Shown here: one piece after another, positions 60,544 to 64,000 of the stretch | Numbering within the stretch: the stretch's first letter is position 1 | Layout of the letters: each line of letters starts with the position of its first letter | Assembly: GCA_046482545.1 (NCBI GenBank) | Contig: JAWOEX010000032.1 | Span: 96,001-160,000, forward strand | Direction: 5' to 3' | Length of the DNA: 64,000 bases | Source: Candidatus Thorarchaeota archaeon | GTDB taxonomy: Archaea; Asgardarchaeota; Thorarchaeia; Thorarchaeales; Thorarchaeaceae | The notes under the pieces: model-generated | Told to the model about the DNA's origin: nothing | Database searches by the model: none | What the model saw: the letters and a program-made list of their open reading frames with translations, nothing else | Made by a program: the position numbers and the translations under genes

Positions 60544-61905
60544 CTATCCCTTGGCTATTACTCCTACATCACCAAACAGAATTGGCGCTCCAATCAGCCT
60601 TTGAAGCACTATCTGTTCACTTGCAATCTGTCGGGCATTCTTAAGCAAATCATAGACATTACCGGATAATGCGAGGCCATGCACTGCTCCCTTCATCTCT
60701 CCATCTTCTATGAGTATTGCTGGGTTTCCAACAACGCTGAAGTCACCAGATTCTGGATTGGAGCTGTGAGCTCCCTGTAAACCTTTGACGAGATACCCAA
60801 ATTCTACTTCGTTGAGAATCTCCTCATAGGTACGGGATCCTGACTCAACTACAACATTGGAAGGCGCAATTTCAACAAGGCCTTGGCGTCGATTTCTACT
60901 GGCATTACCTGTACTTTCGACGCCTCTTCTGTTTGCCCAGTAAGTGTCCCATATGAACGATTGCAGGAACCCGTCTTCGAGAATCGGAGTCTTTTGTCGT
61001 GGTACCCCTTCGTCATCAGCTATTGATGCTCGGATTCCACGAGGATTCGTACCATCATCATACACATTCAGATTCTCTGCCGCGATTTTCTCTCCCAGCT
61101 TGTCGCCAATCTTTGACTTCCCCCTTGTTACATTATCTCCACGAATTGATGGTACAAGTGTGAACTGCAGGAGTTGTCCATAGGCAGATGGATGCATTAA
61201 GACATCATGCTTTCCACTTTTCCCGTTCTCAGTCTTCTTCATTGCTCGAATAGTAGACGTGACATCCTCTACAACGTAGTCCAAATCAAGATCGGGAGAA
61301 CGCTTCATATCAACACAGAATGTCCTCGGCGTCATTCCATTCTCAATCTTGGCGACCGCCGCTAGGAAGGCATAAGCAAGAGAGCCCTTCTCTGAATGTT
61401 CAATCCCGTTTGAATTGGCATACCCAGAATGATAAGCTGAGGTTCCTCCACCAGCTGATGCTGGAATCAACCCCTCTTCTTCTGCACTGCTTCTCGCAAT
61501 CAATTCATTGACATTGTTTACAATTTCTGATGGATTCATGTTCACAATTTCCGAGTTCCACAATCCTTCCACTGAAGGGTACTCCGCTGGAGTGGGTAGA
61601 CTTTCCCATTGTTCGTCAATCGTAGATGCCTTTGCGGCAGCAATCGCCAGTTTTATAGATTCTTCGACAGAATCTTTCGTGGCAATACTTGTGAAGGCTG
61701 CCCCCATCTTCTTCCCTATGTAGATTCTGACGGCAATTTGACTGCCAATGGTTTGGTTAACACTACTCACCTGTCCCATTTCGGCTTCGGCTTCCAATTC
61801 GGATTCATAGTGGGCTTGGATTTCAGCTGCGTCGGCTCCTTTCTTTTCGGCTGTGTTTACTGCATATCTGCACAGTTCTAGAAGCTCTTCTTCATTCATT
61901 TTCAT
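60544..61905 (-). CDS. TldE/PmbA family protein
   Basis: DDEGVP, STGNA, NPESGDFSV; no HExxxH; downstream of TldD. Confidence 0.88.
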   Translation of the reverse strand: MKMNEEELLELCRYAVNTAEKKGADAAEIQAHYESELEAEAEMGQVSSVNQTIGSQIAVRIYIGKKMGAAFTSIATKDSVEESIKLAIAAAKASTIDEQWESLPTPAEYPSVEGLWNSEIVNMNPSEIVNNVNELIARSSAEEEGLIPASAGGGTSAYHSGYANSNGIEHSEKGSLAYAFLAAVAKIENGMTPRTFCVDMKRSPDLDLDYVVEDVTSTIRAMKKTENGKSGKHDVLMHPSAYGQLLQFTLVPSIRGDNVTRGKSKIGDKLGEKIAAENLNVYDDGTNPRGIRASIADDEGVPRQKTPILEDGFLQSFIWDTYWANRRGVESTGNASRNRRQGLVEIAPSNVVVESGSRTYEEILNEVEFGYLVKGLQGAHSSNPESGDFSVVGNPAILIEDGEMKGAVHGLALSGNVYDLLKNARQIASEQIVLQRLIGAPILFGDVGVIAKG

Positions 61906-61912
61906 CACCTTC

Positions 61913-63301
61913 TTACTCCTGTCCTCCAAAGGTTATTCCGCCCTCTGAAAAACGGATTTTTGGCCCCCCTGATGCTACATAGGCTGTCTGGCCTTTCCCA
62001 CATCTGCCTAGCTCGTACGGGAAGTCCTCATTTGCAACGCCTTCGATTTTGAAAAGCGAATCAGTAGCGATTCCTGAAATCGAGAGATCTTTGATCGGCT
62101 TCCCCAGTTCTCCATCGACAATCTCATAGGCTTCCTGAATACCAACTTGAAAGCTAGCATTCATCTGGGCTTGCCCCCCTCGGAAATCTGCGCAGTAATA
62201 CCCGAAATCAATTCCTTCAAAAATCTCGTCTGGCGCATAATTGCCTTTCTCGAAGTATGTATTTCTCATCCTGATTATTGGTGGATACAAGTAGCTTTCT
62301 GCACGTGCGTTTCCGGTACATCGCTGCCCGGTTTTGGCAGCATATTCACGGTTCGTCATGAGTTCGTTGAGTACTGAATCCTTGATTATCTCCACTTTGC
62401 TTGGAGGAACTCCTTCCTCGTCATAGGCTTCGGTACCCAGATTATTTGCATCCGTGCCATCATCAATCATATTAACTCCCTCCGCAGCAACAACTTCCCC
62501 AACTTTGCCTGCAAAGGCACTATTGACTGTGAGGTCTGCTTCTGCTAGGTGCCCGAGCGCCTCGTGGGCGAGCACTCCAATTACTCTGGGACCTAGTACG
62601 CAGGGAAAGTAACCTGCCTTGCTCTTCACTCCGTCTAACTGTAGCACGACACGTTTTGCGGCTTCTTCTGCAATCATTTCGGGGGTGGCAGTATTTTCCA
62701 TGAATTCCCATCCCTCATGGGTTGATGCCTCTTCATATCTGGCAGCCGTCAGCTGTGTTCCTTCCTTTCCGCTAATCCATGGATATACCCAGACCAAGAG
62801 TTTTGGCTTCTTGATGCGTGAGCCTTCAGATGTGACAATGAAGGTTTCTCCAGAAATGCTTCTCAGCTTTCCAGTTACCGCGCTGATTCTTTCATCGTAG
62901 TTTCTAGCAGCAGTAGTCAGATCCTTAAGATACTGAATTTTCTCTTCAATCGGAACGTTTTGCGGGTCTCGTTCTATATCCGCTTCAACAGAATCTTCGT
63001 ATGTATCCACTTCAGCAAGCTCGATAGGGTCCCTGCGAGTCATTGCTGCTGCTTTCGCCATAGAGATTGCATCCTCTATGGCTTCATCAAGTTCATCCAA
63101 CTGGCCGGTTGTGACAAAACCCCACGCACCATTAACAAGCACTCTCAGAGCAACACCCTGTTCAATGCGGCGAGTGAGTGCATTGACTCTGCCGTCATCC
63201 ATTTGAATATACTCTACGAAGCTGTTCTCACCGCGCGCTTCAACATACGAAGCGCCCATGCTGGTCCCTTTCTCTATAATCCCATCAAAATGCTCAAACA
63301 A
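61913..63301 (-). CDS. tldD: TldD family metalloprotease
   Basis: HEALGHLAEAD, YDEEG, RMRNT, CGKGQ, GGP. Confidence 0.9.
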   Translation of the reverse strand: MFEHFDGIIEKGTSMGASYVEARGENSFVEYIQMDDGRVNALTRRIEQGVALRVLVNGAWGFVTTGQLDELDEAIEDAISMAKAAAMTRRDPIELAEVDTYEDSVEADIERDPQNVPIEEKIQYLKDLTTAARNYDERISAVTGKLRSISGETFIVTSEGSRIKKPKLLVWVYPWISGKEGTQLTAARYEEASTHEGWEFMENTATPEMIAEEAAKRVVLQLDGVKSKAGYFPCVLGPRVIGVLAHEALGHLAEADLTVNSAFAGKVGEVVAAEGVNMIDDGTDANNLGTEAYDEEGVPPSKVEIIKDSVLNELMTNREYAAKTGQRCTGNARAESYLYPPIIRMRNTYFEKGNYAPDEIFEGIDFGYYCADFRGGQAQMNASFQVGIQEAYEIVDGELGKPIKDLSISGIATDSLFKIEGVANEDFPYELGRCGKGQTAYVASGGPKIRFSEGGITFGGQE

Positions 63302-63482
63302 ATCAGTCTACTCCACTTCTTACTGGACGGATTTAGCCGGATTACTCATGATAAACGGTTGGTTTAGCGCCGCTTCCATAAGGATGGTCGAGCGCCCATA
63401 AACCATTGAGTATTCATCGCCAATGCATTGGGTTCTCCGCATGGGATGTTGTGCGTTCAATTAATCGAGATTTAGCCCCGAT

Positions 63483-63902
63483 CTAAGGAACCAATATGAA
63501 TGCGACGAGAGCTATGAATAGTATTCCAAGAAGCATCAGGCTGCATCTGTAGCATGATTCATCACCATATTTCTCCTGTTGTAGTCCCGCATAGTATCCT
63601 ATCACCAGGCCAATCCAACAGCTAACCATGATTGCCACACCTGGACCCGTGGGAACAGGAAATGAGGCTTGGGGATAGTCTCTTACAGTAAAAAAGGGCA
63701 AGAGAGCGAACCAAACTACATTGAGAAGAATCGGGATGGCAACCCCCGCGATAGCGGCTCCAAGTAGTAGGTTGGTCATTCTGCTTATACTTATGTACAT
63801 GATACTCAGAGAGATTATCATTCCAATTACCGAAAGAAAAAACGTCATAGCTATTTCCGTTAATCGCATTGGACACGAAACACCCCTAACATAATCTCCC
63901 AC
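63483..63902 (-). CDS. hypothetical integral membrane protein
   Basis: About four hydrophobic segments; start uncertain. Confidence 0.55.
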   Translation of the reverse strand: MGDYVRGVSCPMRLTEIAMTFFLSVIGMIISLSIMYISISRMTNLLLGAAIAGVAIPILLNVVWFALLPFFTVRDYPQASFPVPTGPGVAIMVSCWIGLVIGYYAGLQQEKYGDESCYRCSLMLLGILFIALVAFILVP

Positions 63903-64000
63903 ACAGTACGTAAATGTTATAGAAATCGTACTTTTTCAACCTTTCGTGATTTCTCATTACTGCCTCACGCTCCCATAACGCGATTTTCCAGGTGACTAGG

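Noticed and set aside
1-64000. tRNA, rRNA or CRISPR arrays
   Set aside because: None recognised by eye in the intergenic regions; a tRNAscan-SE/Infernal run would be needed to exclude them formally.

Overview
Gene-dense archaeal chromosomal window, most likely from an Asgard archaeon (Thorarchaeia-like). That assignment is inference from a geranylgeranyl reductase, archaeal TATA-like promoters, a stand-alone REC protein with PAS histidine kinases, and a longin-like protein. Most of the window is anaerobic heterotrophic metabolism: a 2-oxoacid/acetoin dehydrogenase E1a/E1b/E2 cluster with lipoate ligase; two B12-dependent acyl-CoA mutase large subunits (one isobutyryl-CoA-mutase type, one methylmalonyl-CoA-mutase type) with small subunit, MeaB, epimerase and CobO; a class III aminotransferase; an FAD/CCG oxidoreductase pair; and a family I CoA-transferase. 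It also carries a P2A ATPase, FprA, ArsR-Acr3, RNase HIII, BirA, TldD/TldE and tandem secreted metallophosphoesterases. The feature least explained by the ORF track is a 544-bp non-coding insertion (57777-58320) that splits a histidine-kinase pseudogene; removing it restores the kinase frame. A diverged, inverted relative of its 3' end lies at 14711-~14845. Together they look like a non-autonomous IS607- or IS200/IS605-type element family retaining a TnpB omegaRNA-like end. Other highlights are a Hef/FANCM-like helicase with every motif degenerated, converging on a four-repeat beta-alpha protein; a longin plus roadblock/profilin-like fusion; and a long bactofilin-like beta-helix protein. No rRNA, tRNA or CRISPR array was recognised.
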